From IMG/VR virus record IMGVR_UViG_3300034003_000001, positions 1 to 58,144 of that record: DNA of 58,144 bases; one strand, given 5' to 3'. Made by a program: the position numbers and the translations under genes. The notes beneath the pieces were generated by a model. It did no database searches. It worked only from the letters and a program-made list of their open reading frames with translations, and was not told the origin of the DNA. Of this stretch, positions 42,000 to 50,607 are shown in pieces. Source of the DNA: a virus. Each line of letters starts with the position of its first letter. Positions within the stretch are counted from its first letter, which is position 1.

Positions 42000-42482
42000 C
42001 TAATCGTTGGTTGAGGTTACGGGGCCGTTCGAGGGCGGCGGGGCGGGTTGCGGGGCCTGCTCGATTATCCGCACGGGCGGCGGGTATAGTACGCCCCGGT
42101 TGTCCAGTACCATCCAAAGCAAGTTCCCAATGTTTGCCGCTCTCCGCCGCATACCTGCCTCGTACATGGTTTCTTGGTAGAGTAAATGTACTAACTCGTC
42201 ATAGTTATTTTCGAAAAGGTCTAGCAGGTTCGGGAGGGGCACATCGCGCCAGTGTCCGTACGTTTCTCGCTTTTGCAGGTTTTCGGGCGTTGTGCATGTA
42301 TTCAGCATGAGTACGCCAAAGCGGAGGATGGCGCGGGCAATCTCTTGCACCTGCTCATCAGGGGCGTTGTGGGCGGCGTTGAGTAGTTGCGCGTAATCGG
42401 GTACGTGCGTGCCCAGCGTGCCGGGGATACCGGGAATGCCGGGGTTTTCGGGATCGTTGCTGTTGTAGTTACTCTTTACCAT
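42000..42482 (-). CDS. Hypothetical protein
   Basis: The track ORF extends to 42704. ATG 42482 (MVKSNYNS...) lies 7 nt after the GGAGG of a CAACAACAATGGAGG leader. About 160 aa. Confidence 0.6.
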   Translation of the reverse strand: MVKSNYNSNDPENPGIPGIPGTLGTHVPDYAQLLNAAHNAPDEQVQEIARAILRFGVLMLNTCTTPENLQKRETYGHWRDVPLPNLLDLFENNYDELVHLLYQETMYEAGMRRRAANIGNLLWMVLDNRGVLYPPPVRIIEQAPQPAPPPSNGPVTSTND

Positions 42483-42873
42483 TTGATTTGCCTCCATTGT
42501 TGTTGCTGGTAGTTGCCGGGGCGTCGAGCAACGATCCCAACGCCTCCGGGTCAAAGTCAAACTGCCCATTCCACGGGGCGGGGTCCGCCGGGATGTTGGG
42601 AAACATAGCGCACCAATCCGCCGGGCTCTTGGTTGCCTCATCGAGCAGGCCCGCCCGCACGGGGCCAAAGTCATGCCATGCGTGGTAACTTGGGGACTTC
42701 CCAACTACATCTTGCATGGAACGGACCCCCCGCTTTACGAGCAGACGGTAGGTTTTGAGGATTTCCCGGCGGCGGGACTCACCCACGTTGAGCGGGCCGT
42801 ATAACCGTTTGCGGCGGGCCGTCCTGATTTCCTCGCGGATTTCAAGAGCCCGCTCCCACGTCATTTGTGACAT
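42469..42873 (-). CDS. Hypothetical protein
   Basis: 134-aa ORF whose start overlaps the stop of the giant early gene. Confidence 0.6.
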   Translation of the reverse strand: MSQMTWERALEIREEIRTARRKRLYGPLNVGESRRREILKTYRLLVKRGVRSMQDVVGKSPSYHAWHDFGPVRAGLLDEATKSPADWCAMFPNIPADPAPWNGQFDFDPEALGSLLDAPATTSNNNGGKSNGKE

Positions 42874-45398
42874 TATGGGACCTCCGGGCCCCCGCCCAAT
42901 TCGGGGCCGTCTTGGGCCGTTTCCGGGGCTTGTACGGCCCCGTCCGCGTCCATTTGCCCGAGTACGGCGTCCGGGTCACTCTGCAAACGAGGGTCCGGGT
43001 CACTCTGCAAACGGGGGTCCGGGGCATCCTCGTAGGGATCCATGTAATCAGGATGCCAGTTGCCACGGTCCGCCCAACATTCCGCACAAACGGGGCCGTC
43101 CGGGTTGTCCCGGTCCCAACGTTGTGCCTCCGCAAGCCCCCGCCCGCAACGGCGGCAATGGAACTCCGCCATGACCGCCGTACGCACAACGGGATTATCA
43201 GACTCCAGTTGCCGTATTGTCTCGAAGCAGTCCCGACACAACGGGCCTTGCAGGGGTCCCGGCTCATCCGTGCCCCGTACTCTTGTCCGTTCAACACGCA
43301 TCTTACATCGGCGGCATATGTAGGCATTAGTTCCGGGCTTGCGGGCACGCCAACCCTGCATTTGTCGCATATTGTCCGGCACCTGATCATCGGATGTGCG
43401 TGGGACCCAGTGTAACCAAATGCCATCCTCCAACCACGCCCAAGCGTGCGGACCCAAGCCCGCCCCGTTCTTTGCAAAGTTGCGTGCGGCCTCGATTACA
43501 TGGGGCCGTGTTTCGGGGTCTAGTGTTGCGAATTGTTCGCGGGCATAGCTGGGGTCATTGGCGGAACCGGGGCCCTCTTGGGCAACATGGGGATACACGC
43601 TCCAAAACTCTTGGAACGCCTCGTTGAACACGTCTAAACGTGCCACGGAGTCCGCAGGGATGTTGGCCTGCTCTTGGGCGTCCACGGCCTCATTGATTGC
43701 CTCGCCAAACTTCATTGCCTCAAGTTCCGCCCGTGTTTGCGGTTGTTGCTCATCGGGCAACCAGTTTATCCAATGCGACTCCGATAAAAATCGGGAGGGC
43801 GGCATAGGGTTATCGAGGCCCAACGCCGCGTAAGTACGGGAGGCGTAGATTATGGCGGGCCAATATTGTGGGCCTATCCGTGCGAATTCTCGTTTGGCAC
43901 CCAAGCGGCCCCATTTGGCCCGCCGCCCCGGTTCCGACGGGTCCCCAGTTGCGGGATGGGCATCCCAAAATTGTTGGAACGCCTCGTTGCCCACGGGTCC
44001 CAAGTCGATTCCAGGTCCGGGCGTAACCTGCTGGTTTACGTCGATTACGACCGGCCCGCCCGACGCAATGTCCTTGTCTGTAACCATGCGGCCTATGACC
44101 ATATCCGGCGGCGTGTCGGTCGTGGCAAACTCGAAGCCGCCGGATATGGTTGGGCTATGCACAACAAGCGGCCCGGTTGGGATAAAGGGCCGGGTTGAGG
44201 CAATCGCGCCCCATGTTGCAGGCGTGCCCAAATCCACAACGGGATGGCGGGCGTCCCGGTACTCTGTTTGGTTCACTGGGGTCATGGGGACCGTGGGTGT
44301 TGAGCCTGCAACGCTATTACGCTTGCCAGCGTGGGCAACACAAAAGAGGACGGATCGCATTTCACCTTTGATTTTAGCGCGCCCAATGTAACGGTCCGTT
44401 GCGGCGGGCAAGTAAAGGCCACAGTCAAAGCAAGTGGGCGTAGTAATGGCCCTGCACTTGAGGCACGTAAACGAGTCCGCGTCGATGGATCGGGTTTCCG
44501 CCCCGCATTTGCGGCAGGGCGGGTTTGCAGGCGGATGGGTCATGCCCATAAAACCGGGGCCGGGGTTGTCCGGGTCCGTACCATCCTCCGATGTTTGCGA
44601 ATAATGATACATTTGTTCGCCACACTCTTGACACTCATAGTGGTAAAGGTCGAGACGGGATAGGAACGTACTCTTACACGCTGTACAACGTCCCGGCCCC
44701 TCAACCTCGACACCTACCGCCCCACTGGAATCCTCGACCTTCACGGCCCGCCTCACCTTATACCCGCCACCTTGCAGGTCCCCGGCGCGGTATATCAAGT
44801 CATGGCAACCAACGCAAACAAAGGTTTCATGGTCAAAGCGTTCTAGCTTGCCTTTGCACTCCGGGCAAATCCCTGCCTCTATAAGTTGGGACTCCCCCAA
44901 CCCATGCAACCGCTCTTGCAGGTCCGCGTAGGCCGACTCCGCCTTGTCCGTTTCCTCCGCTCGTTCGAGCAGGTTGTTGTAATCACGTTGCGTCAACCAA
45001 ATACCGTTGCCCGTGCTAAAGGACTCGTCCCCATCCGTAAACACGTCCGGCATTTCCGAACCGTCCGGACTGGGGTTCGTGTCGAGTTCAACCATTGGGA
45101 ATTGCCCGCCAAATTCACCGTACGCCCGCAAGTACGCAAGGTTTCGAGCGGCGGCGGATAGCTCGTGGACGACGCTTGTGCCGTCCGGTGTCAACTGCGG
45201 AGCTTGACCAAGCTCGTACGCCTCGATCAGCAACGCTTGAATTGCAAAGGCGCGCCTCCATTCAGGATACCGTAACTCCGCACCCGGATATGCCCCGGCA
45301 TCCGGACCTGCTGTAAGAACCTGCCAACCTACCGACTCGTTGTCTTGCCCTTCATCGCCATCCTCCGGATACTCTTGCCCCTCTTGTTCATCTACCAT
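42873..45398 (-). CDS. Giant early protein with several zinc ribbons and two organizer-like FW-x2-[YH]P domains
   Basis: The track start is 45413, but ATG 45398 lies 8 nt after the GGAGG of an ACACAATGGAGG leader. About 841 aa. It has an acidic N-terminus and at least five CxxC...CxxC units (CPECKG..CVGC, CTACKS..CQEC, CRKCG..CLKC, CRRCK..CRDC, CRRCG..CAEC). Two internal repeats, NEAFQQFWDAHP...HWINWLP and NEAFQEFWSVYP...IWLHWVP, resemble the C-terminal motif of the organizer gene. The C-terminus has a duplicated DPRLQSDP. Confidence 0.75.
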   Translation of the reverse strand: MVDEQEGQEYPEDGDEGQDNESVGWQVLTAGPDAGAYPGAELRYPEWRRAFAIQALLIEAYELGQAPQLTPDGTSVVHELSAAARNLAYLRAYGEFGGQFPMVELDTNPSPDGSEMPDVFTDGDESFSTGNGIWLTQRDYNNLLERAEETDKAESAYADLQERLHGLGESQLIEAGICPECKGKLERFDHETFVCVGCHDLIYRAGDLQGGGYKVRRAVKVEDSSGAVGVEVEGPGRCTACKSTFLSRLDLYHYECQECGEQMYHYSQTSEDGTDPDNPGPGFMGMTHPPANPPCRKCGAETRSIDADSFTCLKCRAITTPTCFDCGLYLPAATDRYIGRAKIKGEMRSVLFCVAHAGKRNSVAGSTPTVPMTPVNQTEYRDARHPVVDLGTPATWGAIASTRPFIPTGPLVVHSPTISGGFEFATTDTPPDMVIGRMVTDKDIASGGPVVIDVNQQVTPGPGIDLGPVGNEAFQQFWDAHPATGDPSEPGRRAKWGRLGAKREFARIGPQYWPAIIYASRTYAALGLDNPMPPSRFLSESHWINWLPDEQQPQTRAELEAMKFGEAINEAVDAQEQANIPADSVARLDVFNEAFQEFWSVYPHVAQEGPGSANDPSYAREQFATLDPETRPHVIEAARNFAKNGAGLGPHAWAWLEDGIWLHWVPRTSDDQVPDNMRQMQGWRARKPGTNAYICRRCKMRVERTRVRGTDEPGPLQGPLCRDCFETIRQLESDNPVVRTAVMAEFHCRRCGRGLAEAQRWDRDNPDGPVCAECWADRGNWHPDYMDPYEDAPDPRLQSDPDPRLQSDPDAVLGQMDADGAVQAPETAQDGPELGGGPEVP

Positions 45399-45443
45399 TG
45401 CCGTAACCTCCATTGTGTTTGGGTTGGTTGATAAAATAGGACC

Positions 45444-45483
45444 CGGACCGCGTTAGAGCAACCCCGCAACGTAACGCGGTCCG
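45444..45483 (-). promoter_or_regulatory. Leader hairpin in the 5' UTR of the early operon (possible attenuator)
   Basis: Minus strand, directly after P5: cggaccgcgtta-16 nt loop-taacgcggtccg (12-bp perfect stem), then ggtccTATTTTATc. Confidence 0.5.
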
Positions 45484-45498
45484 CGCCCGCCGGGGACT

Positions 45499-45528
45499 AT
45501 ATTAGCAGTAAGGGTTGCATGTTGTCAA
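45499..45528 (-). promoter_or_regulatory. Sigma70-type promoter P5 (TTGACA-18 nt-TAATAT) for the early operon
   Basis: The -35 is at plus coordinates 45523..45528 (tgtcaa) and the -10 at 45499..45504 (atatta). It is overlapped by one arm of a 14-bp perfect inverted repeat (45512..45525 and 45549..45562). Confidence 0.65.
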
Positions 45529-45725
45529 GGTTTATTCGCAACCTTTACACAACATGCAACCCCTCGATTTTTCCGTTGTTTTGAGGCCACAAGATGCCCC
45601 AAAACCTGCGTTCTAATTTGTTCTAAAGTACGGCACAAATCGACGTTTCAACCCTTTTTGGTACGATGTACCATGCAGAAGTATTGCGTCGATTGTGGGG
45701 CATTCTAGGGGCTTGTACGGGCACG

Positions 45726-46277
45726 CTATGGGGCGGGCGTGGCGTTGGCCCTTTTGCTGGTTTGGTCTGAGTTTTCACCGGCCCCGGCCTCCGAAAGTTC
45801 CGGCGGATCGGCATAGACAAACGTATCAGCGGGTATAATTACACCGTCCGGGGGGATAAGGTCGAAAAGGGCGCGGGCTAAAAACTCGACGTTCCGCTCA
45901 ATAGCAAGGTGGAGGATGCGGTAGGCATGGTCCGCAACATCATCCCTGAATAGATCGTCCTGCTTGCATTGTTCGAGGGCCTCATTTAGTTCGACCTGGG
46001 TTATATGCAAGCATTCGTGCAAGATTGTTTCGTACCCATCCCTATCTGGTTCTAACGTTTCGGGGAATGTCATGCGAGTGGTTGTGTTGTAAATCTCTTG
46101 CGCGGTATGACCCCACGTACCACCGGACTCACCGTTCGAGTCCTTGACTTGGGACGGATGCTTTACTTGCAGTATGATGCGGTTCTGAATACGTAGGGCA
46201 CGGTGTACCTTACGTACGTAGTCGAGCATCCACGGAGGGACCGGGCGAGTCTTGTTGTCAAAGGGGCTACTACTCAT
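45726..46277 (-). CDS. Hypothetical protein with an HExxH metallopeptidase-like motif
   Basis: The track ORF extends to 46490. ATG 46277 overlaps the upstream stop (ATGAGTAG). About 183 aa. It contains ILHECLHITQVEL (HExxH). It is the last gene of the late cassette. Confidence 0.55.
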   Translation of the reverse strand: MSSSPFDNKTRPVPPWMLDYVRKVHRALRIQNRIILQVKHPSQVKDSNGESGGTWGHTAQEIYNTTTRMTFPETLEPDRDGYETILHECLHITQVELNEALEQCKQDDLFRDDVADHAYRILHLAIERNVEFLARALFDLIPPDGVIIPADTFVYADPPELSEAGAGENSDQTSKRANATPAP

Positions 46278-47352
46278 CAGGGGCCCCGTTTTCGCGCATG
46301 AAGACGCGTACGAGGTCATAACACCGACGGTCCCGCATGATGAATTGGGCGGGGTACGCGTTGGGCACGCCGTTGGAGGTAAAGGGCGTGAACAATGCCA
46401 CGCGCTCACCCAGTACGTAACCTTGCGGGCTCTTGGAATGGATGAGCAACTTAGCTTTGCCCACGCACGCCTCCATATGCCAAAGCTCATCCTGGTCCTC
46501 GTTTTCTGTGTTTGACTCGTCCCAGTAGGTCAAGTGATGATGAAACCCGGACCAAAAACGGACGGCCTGCTTGAACCTTGAAACGTTCACAAACGTTGCA
46601 AGGCGGGCCCCAATCATCTTGTCGAACCAACGGTTGAACGCGTCCGGGCTTGTAAGGTCCTGGGACGCAACGGGCGGGGGGTCCCGCTCCCACCAACCGT
46701 AGTCGTAAAAATGCACGCCGTTCCCGGTAACGGGGCCGTCCGGGTCATAGAACAGCGGGGCCGTGATTTCGCGCCACGTAAAAAGACCGGGGTCCGGCGG
46801 GTCATCCTCCGTAAACCCGCGCATGATGTACGCCGGGCTTATCAGCACGGGCGCACGGTCCGGCAGTTCATCGCGCAAGTCGAGGTAATCAACAACGCGG
46901 GCAATGTCCGCCACAAGTGACTCCAGCGGACTCCGGGTTGCGGGGTCATTCGCGGGACGCTGGTTGCCCCAGTCCGGGGCCTTGCCGTTTGGCAACCTCC
47001 AACGGAAGTCAAAAAATCTATCCTCCTCGTTGAATATAAAGACGCCCGCAATCCGCCCGCCTATTTGGGTTGCCCGCTCGATTTTATGTATTAGCTCTGC
47101 TTTGAGCTTTTGCGGGCCCCGCTCCAGGTCGTCCCGTTCAAGGCGGAGGTATATGCTTGCGCCCTCTTTGCGCCCGCTCCGCATGTTGCGGCGTTTTATC
47201 CCGCTGAATAGGTCAATGCGGGCGTCATCCGCCGCATCCCAAAACATCATTACATTGCGGGACAACGAGTGTACGTAATTGTCGACGTCATGCCCATCCG
47301 GATGCTCCGGGAAAAACAGGCAAAACTCTTGGATTGTGAATGGGGCGGGCAT
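46270..47352 (-). CDS. Hypothetical protein
   Basis: 360-aa ORF coupled to its neighbours on both sides. No motif recognised. Confidence 0.65.
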   Translation of the reverse strand: MPAPFTIQEFCLFFPEHPDGHDVDNYVHSLSRNVMMFWDAADDARIDLFSGIKRRNMRSGRKEGASIYLRLERDDLERGPQKLKAELIHKIERATQIGGRIAGVFIFNEEDRFFDFRWRLPNGKAPDWGNQRPANDPATRSPLESLVADIARVVDYLDLRDELPDRAPVLISPAYIMRGFTEDDPPDPGLFTWREITAPLFYDPDGPVTGNGVHFYDYGWWERDPPPVASQDLTSPDAFNRWFDKMIGARLATFVNVSRFKQAVRFWSGFHHHLTYWDESNTENEDQDELWHMEACVGKAKLLIHSKSPQGYVLGERVALFTPFTSNGVPNAYPAQFIMRDRRCYDLVRVFMRENGAPDE

Positions 47353-47978
47353 TAGCCGTTACCTCCGGCGCGGTTGTGGCGGGCAACGGTTGTGCCCCCC
47401 GTAAGTTTGTATCCCGTTGCAGGGACCCAAGTACGGCGGTTCGCGTCCCATTTCCACGGCCCAATTAGGCCCGGAACGGGGTCGTTTACTACCGCACCAT
47501 CGTCCGGTTCCGGCTTGCCAAACCGCATTACGCCCGGCGGTTGGTTGGCCGGGTCCTTTTCCCCCTCGAAATGCAGGGTTTCAGCAACCCGTAGGCCGGA
47601 TAGAATAGCCGCAAGCACGCCCGCCGCGCCCCACTCCGCATGGCCTTGCGATGCAAGCCCCGCCCACGCCGCAAACGGAATGAGAAATGCCAGCACAACG
47701 GCCCCGTAAAACTTGACCGTGCCGGAAAGTTGCTTGCCACGAGGGCGCAAGAGTTTATCCACGCCCTCAATAAGCCCGAATATGAGCAGGCCCGTGCCCG
47801 CCGTTGTGCCCGCCCACGTCAAGAACTCTTTAGGACTACTCCAAACGGCGGGGTCAAAGCTCGATGCGACGGCGGCGATGCCAGCGGTCGAGCCGATTGT
47901 ACGCGCCAGGTTCCCGCCCGATTTGGGCACGGACGGCGGTAACGGTTCCGCCGGGTCAACTGTCTTTGTAACGTTCAT
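47352..47978 (-). CDS. Membrane protein (lysis-cassette associated)
   Basis: 208 aa with three or four hydrophobic segments (TAGIAAVASSF, GTGLLIFGLIEGV, FYGAVVLAFLIPFAAWAGLA, AAGVLAAILSGL). Confidence 0.6.
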   Translation of the reverse strand: MNVTKTVDPAEPLPPSVPKSGGNLARTIGSTAGIAAVASSFDPAVWSSPKEFLTWAGTTAGTGLLIFGLIEGVDKLLRPRGKQLSGTVKFYGAVVLAFLIPFAAWAGLASQGHAEWGAAGVLAAILSGLRVAETLHFEGEKDPANQPPGVMRFGKPEPDDGAVVNDPVPGLIGPWKWDANRRTWVPATGYKLTGGTTVARHNRAGGNG

Positions 47979-48463
47979 CTTGCAACCTCCAAAGTTACGG
48001 TTGATAAGTCGATAACTGGGGTGGACGCCTTACGTTGACGCGCCCGCAACATCCGGCCAATGGCGCGGTCAAGCGATGCGATCCACGCCACAACTAGGAC
48101 CTCGACGGCCCGCGCCCGCTCCGCAAAATAAAGGTTGTACGTGCCCCGGAGCCCAAGCATACCGTCGATTTCATGGCTCGACAAGTCATAGTTTACCAGC
48201 ATATGAGGGACAAAGCCCCGATCCGGTATAAGACCGGCGGGGAATATAAATCCCCCAATGGGCATCCAACCGTCCGGCTCTTTGCGGACGCAACCAATGT
48301 ACGCCCCCTCGACCTCGACGGCAACAAGGGCGGGGTCCGTGGTTTCACGGAGGGTTACGTTGGCGCGGACCTCGTGCGCCCAGTACGCGTTTCGGTACTG
48401 GTAACGCTCCGGGCTTTTGGATATGACCGCGCCAACGTTGCGGGGTTTGCGAAAGATCGGCAT
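47975..48463 (-). CDS. Hypothetical protein
   Basis: 162-aa ORF with an ATGA overlap downstream. Confidence 0.6.
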   Translation of the reverse strand: MPIFRKPRNVGAVISKSPERYQYRNAYWAHEVRANVTLRETTDPALVAVEVEGAYIGCVRKEPDGWMPIGGFIFPAGLIPDRGFVPHMLVNYDLSSHEIDGMLGLRGTYNLYFAERARAVEVLVVAWIASLDRAIGRMLRARQRKASTPVIDLSTVTLEVAR

Positions 48464-48480
48464 TGGGCTGGTTTACCCCG

Positions 48481-49245
48481 TTACCGTGCGGGTTGGGGCA
48501 ACTTCCAAAATTGCCAGATTCGGGGGTCACGGCGGATTGCCTCGACGTACGCCCAACTCCGAGAAAACGGAAACATGCCCCGCGTAAAGGGGTCCGTCCG
48601 CCGCCCCCACGGCTCTGCAACCACGCCATGCGAAACGCGCCGGTAATCGGGGATGCGGTTTACCACGGCGGAGTACACATAGATGAGCGCGCCCTTTACA
48701 ATTTGCCATTCCGTAAAGGGGTCCGCGCCGTTTTGCAGGTTTTCGTATTCCACGCCATCCGTGTTGGCGTTGTCCGGGGTTACGCCCGTGAACGGCACAC
48801 AAGGGCCCGTGTGATTGCAGGCGCGGTTTGCAGGAGTCATTTTGAATACAACCCGGCTCGTATCCGCAACCCGTCCGTCCGCATAGAGGGTCCGGTCTTT
48901 GGGGATTAGATAGGGACAACAAACGTCCCGACCATCCCGCACAGACCCGGCAAGTTGCACGCCCGGAATACCTGCGAAGTAGGGCAAGGTGTTGGTGCCA
49001 ACGGTTGCATGGTCCATCCAAAACAGTATGTTGCCACGGGGCGGGATTTCCCAGCCCCTGCCGTCCGGCGTGCGCCGTGGCTCGTAAAGATCGGGCGGGG
49101 TAACATACCCGGTCTCGTTGCCGGGCCTGAATACATCAACAACCCGGAGCGTGGTTGCCGCCTCGTAAGCGTCTATAAGCTCCGCCAACGCGTTATTTGC
49201 CACTGGTTTGCCTCCTATACCTCCATTGATAAGAAAAGCCCGCAC
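48481..49245 (-). CDS. N-acetylmuramoyl-L-alanine amidase (Amidase_2 / PGRP / AmpD-type), probable endolysin
   Basis: 254 aa. ILFWMDHATVG, NANTDGVEYENL and VSHGVVAEPWGRRTDPF parallel the AmpD/T7-lysozyme zinc-ligand motifs (H..., N..SIGIE, H.DIAP.RKTDPG; PF01510). It is flanked by membrane proteins. Confidence 0.75.
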   Translation of the reverse strand: MRAFLINGGIGGKPVANNALAELIDAYEAATTLRVVDVFRPGNETGYVTPPDLYEPRRTPDGRGWEIPPRGNILFWMDHATVGTNTLPYFAGIPGVQLAGSVRDGRDVCCPYLIPKDRTLYADGRVADTSRVVFKMTPANRACNHTGPCVPFTGVTPDNANTDGVEYENLQNGADPFTEWQIVKGALIYVYSAVVNRIPDYRRVSHGVVAEPWGRRTDPFTRGMFPFSRSWAYVEAIRRDPRIWQFWKLPQPAR

Positions 49246-49294
49246 GGGCCGTCTAAGGGCCTCGTACGGGCATTATATCACGGTTACAGCAAGA

Positions 49295-49903
49295 CTATTG
49301 CCGAGATGTGGCGGGTGGGGATTCGGGGCGGGCATTATCCCCCGCTTTGGGTTGCAGGACCGTGCCGCATTTGGGACACATATGGGGCGTGCGCCGCCGC
49401 TCCGTCCGGCGGTCCCAACCATCCGCCTGAATTGCCGCCTCGACGTTTTCCACGGGGCCGAAGTAGCGGTCGAGGCGGCGGCGGTCTAGCAGGTCTAGGG
49501 CGGACCCAACCGCCAACTTGAGCAGGATGACTAAGATGATAAGGGCAATCCACGCTCCGCCTAACTCGAAATAGCCAACGAGGGCGGCAAGAAAGAGGCC
49601 AACACACATCACGATCCGCAACGCTTCATTGCGTATGCGCTGGTTGGTAGAAATGGAGCGGGGCCCGTTTTGCTTTGCCTTAATGCGCGCGGTCCGGTCC
49701 CCAAGATAGATTACGAGCAAGGCCAAGTGCTCTAACGCCACAAACACAGACACAACCATTATGCAGATCAATAGGTTGTTGAGCAGTTCGGAATCGGGTA
49801 CATGATCCCAAAAGAATTGAAAAAGGTGATATATCACTTTCCAGACTCCAAAGTAGGGTAACACAATGCCCCGCACGTCAAGTATACATGAGCGACGGGG
49901 CAC
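49295..49903 (-). CDS. Multi-pass membrane protein with a C-terminal zinc ribbon (holin candidate; start uncertain)
   Basis: The track ORF starts at GTG 49903. An internal GTG preceded by GGAG would give MIYHLFQFFW.... It has three hydrophobic helices and ends with CPKCG. It lies immediately upstream of the amidase. Confidence 0.55.
   Translation of the reverse strand: MPRRSCILDVRGIVLPYFGVWKVIYHLFQFFWDHVPDSELLNNLLICIMVVSVFVALEHLALLVIYLGDRTARIKAKQNGPRSISTNQRIRNEALRIVMCVGLFLAALVGYFELGGAWIALIILVILLKLAVGSALDLLDRRRLDRYFGPVENVEAAIQADGWDRRTERRRTPHMCPKCGTVLQPKAGDNARPESPPATSRQ
49865..49881 (-). repeat. Degenerate fifth copy of the dispersed motif (ATGCCCCGCACGTCAAG)
   Basis: acaATGCCCCgCACGT matches copy 2 (acaATGCCCCACGT) apart from a 1-nt insertion. 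Same orientation, upstream of a gene start. Confidence 0.4.
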
Positions 49904-49969
49904 ACTATTGAAAATTGCGTTGAGTACGGGACCTTTGGGCTATTGGGCCGGGCGTTTATTTAGGCTCGT

Positions 49970-50197
49970 TTACTTTTGCCGGGACTCCGCCCTTACATAC
50001 GTATCGACTATCGCAAGGCGGCGGCGAAGGGCGTCGAGGTCCCGCCCCGCAACGTCGATTGTACGGGCAACCGCCGGGTCATGGATTACCACGGGCGGGG
50101 TCATAGCTTGTGCGGTTTCATTCACCCGCTCTATTACTTGCGGGTCCGGTTGCTTACCAAATCGTTGCCTTAGTCGCATTATCCAATCCCCTATCAT
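49970..50197 (-). CDS. Hypothetical protein
   Basis: 75-aa ORF with an ATGA-type overlap with the upstream gene. Confidence 0.5.
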   Translation of the reverse strand: MIGDWIMRLRQRFGKQPDPQVIERVNETAQAMTPPVVIHDPAVARTIDVAGRDLDALRRRLAIVDTYVRAESRQK

Positions 50198-50601
50198 TTT
50201 GGTTGCCCTCTTACGCCTCTAGTGGGTTTCTTGGTTGTCACTTCGGTTACGACGCCCTCCGCCGTTGTGGTTGCTTTGCGGGCAACGTCGAGGGTTTGCA
50301 GGGTGATTTCAAGCAGGCGGTCCCGGTATTCCGTAACGTCGAGCAGTTGCACCTTGAATTGGGCCTCGCGCTCCACCCAAACCTTTGTAAATTGGGTTTC
50401 CCGATCCGTCCATTCCCGCCCCGTGCGTAACTTCCCTTGCAGTAATAGTACGAATACTAACACAATCACGCCCGTGCCGGAAAGCCCTGTAACCCAGTTG
50501 ATCCATGTAAACAGGTCCGTAGGCGCGCTCGCACCCGTTGGGACTTGGTACAGAGTCAAGTAGAAAAGCAGGTCAATCAGGTTGGGGGGATGCGTGGGCA
50601 T
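50194..50601 (-). CDS. Membrane-anchored coiled-coil protein (first gene of the late/lysis cassette)
   Basis: 135 aa with one clear transmembrane segment (LSGTGVIVLVFVLLLQG) followed by a charged helical region. Confidence 0.6.
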   Translation of the reverse strand: MPTHPPNLIDLLFYLTLYQVPTGASAPTDLFTWINWVTGLSGTGVIVLVFVLLLQGKLRTGREWTDRETQFTKVWVEREAQFKVQLLDVTEYRDRLLEITLQTLDVARKATTTAEGVVTEVTTKKPTRGVRGQPK

Positions 50602-50607
50602 TACACA

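Noticed and set aside
22761-45413. A lysogeny module (integrase, attP, CI-type immunity region).
   Set aside because: I recognised no tyrosine or serine recombinase motifs in any ORF, and only single-copy operators. The excisionase-type HTH alone is not evidence of integration. Lifestyle remains undetermined.
45414-45725. tRNA or other structured RNA genes in the larger non-coding gaps (45414..45725, 26547..26828, 21825..21951, 19498..19620).
   Set aside because: I could find no cloverleaf-compatible arms or conserved T-loop (GTTCGAATC-like) sequences by eye. A tRNA scanner should still be run, since reading by eye is a weak test.
45623-45820. The 65-aa minus ORF in the 45.4-45.7 kb non-coding region.
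   Set aside because: It is Arg/Pro-rich with no ribosome-binding site and overlaps the end of the HExxH gene. The region is better explained as promoter, operator and leader DNA.
45726-46490. Long N-terminal extensions in the track for several minus ORFs: 45726..46490, 32437..33441, 34597..35481, 42000..42704, 17431..19497, 38300..38608, 40478..41092 and 24645..26546.
   Set aside because: Each extension overlaps the preceding gene in another frame and lacks a ribosome-binding site. An internal ATG with GGAGG, or an ATGA/TAATG coupling to the upstream stop, gives a clean gene boundary, so I moved the starts.
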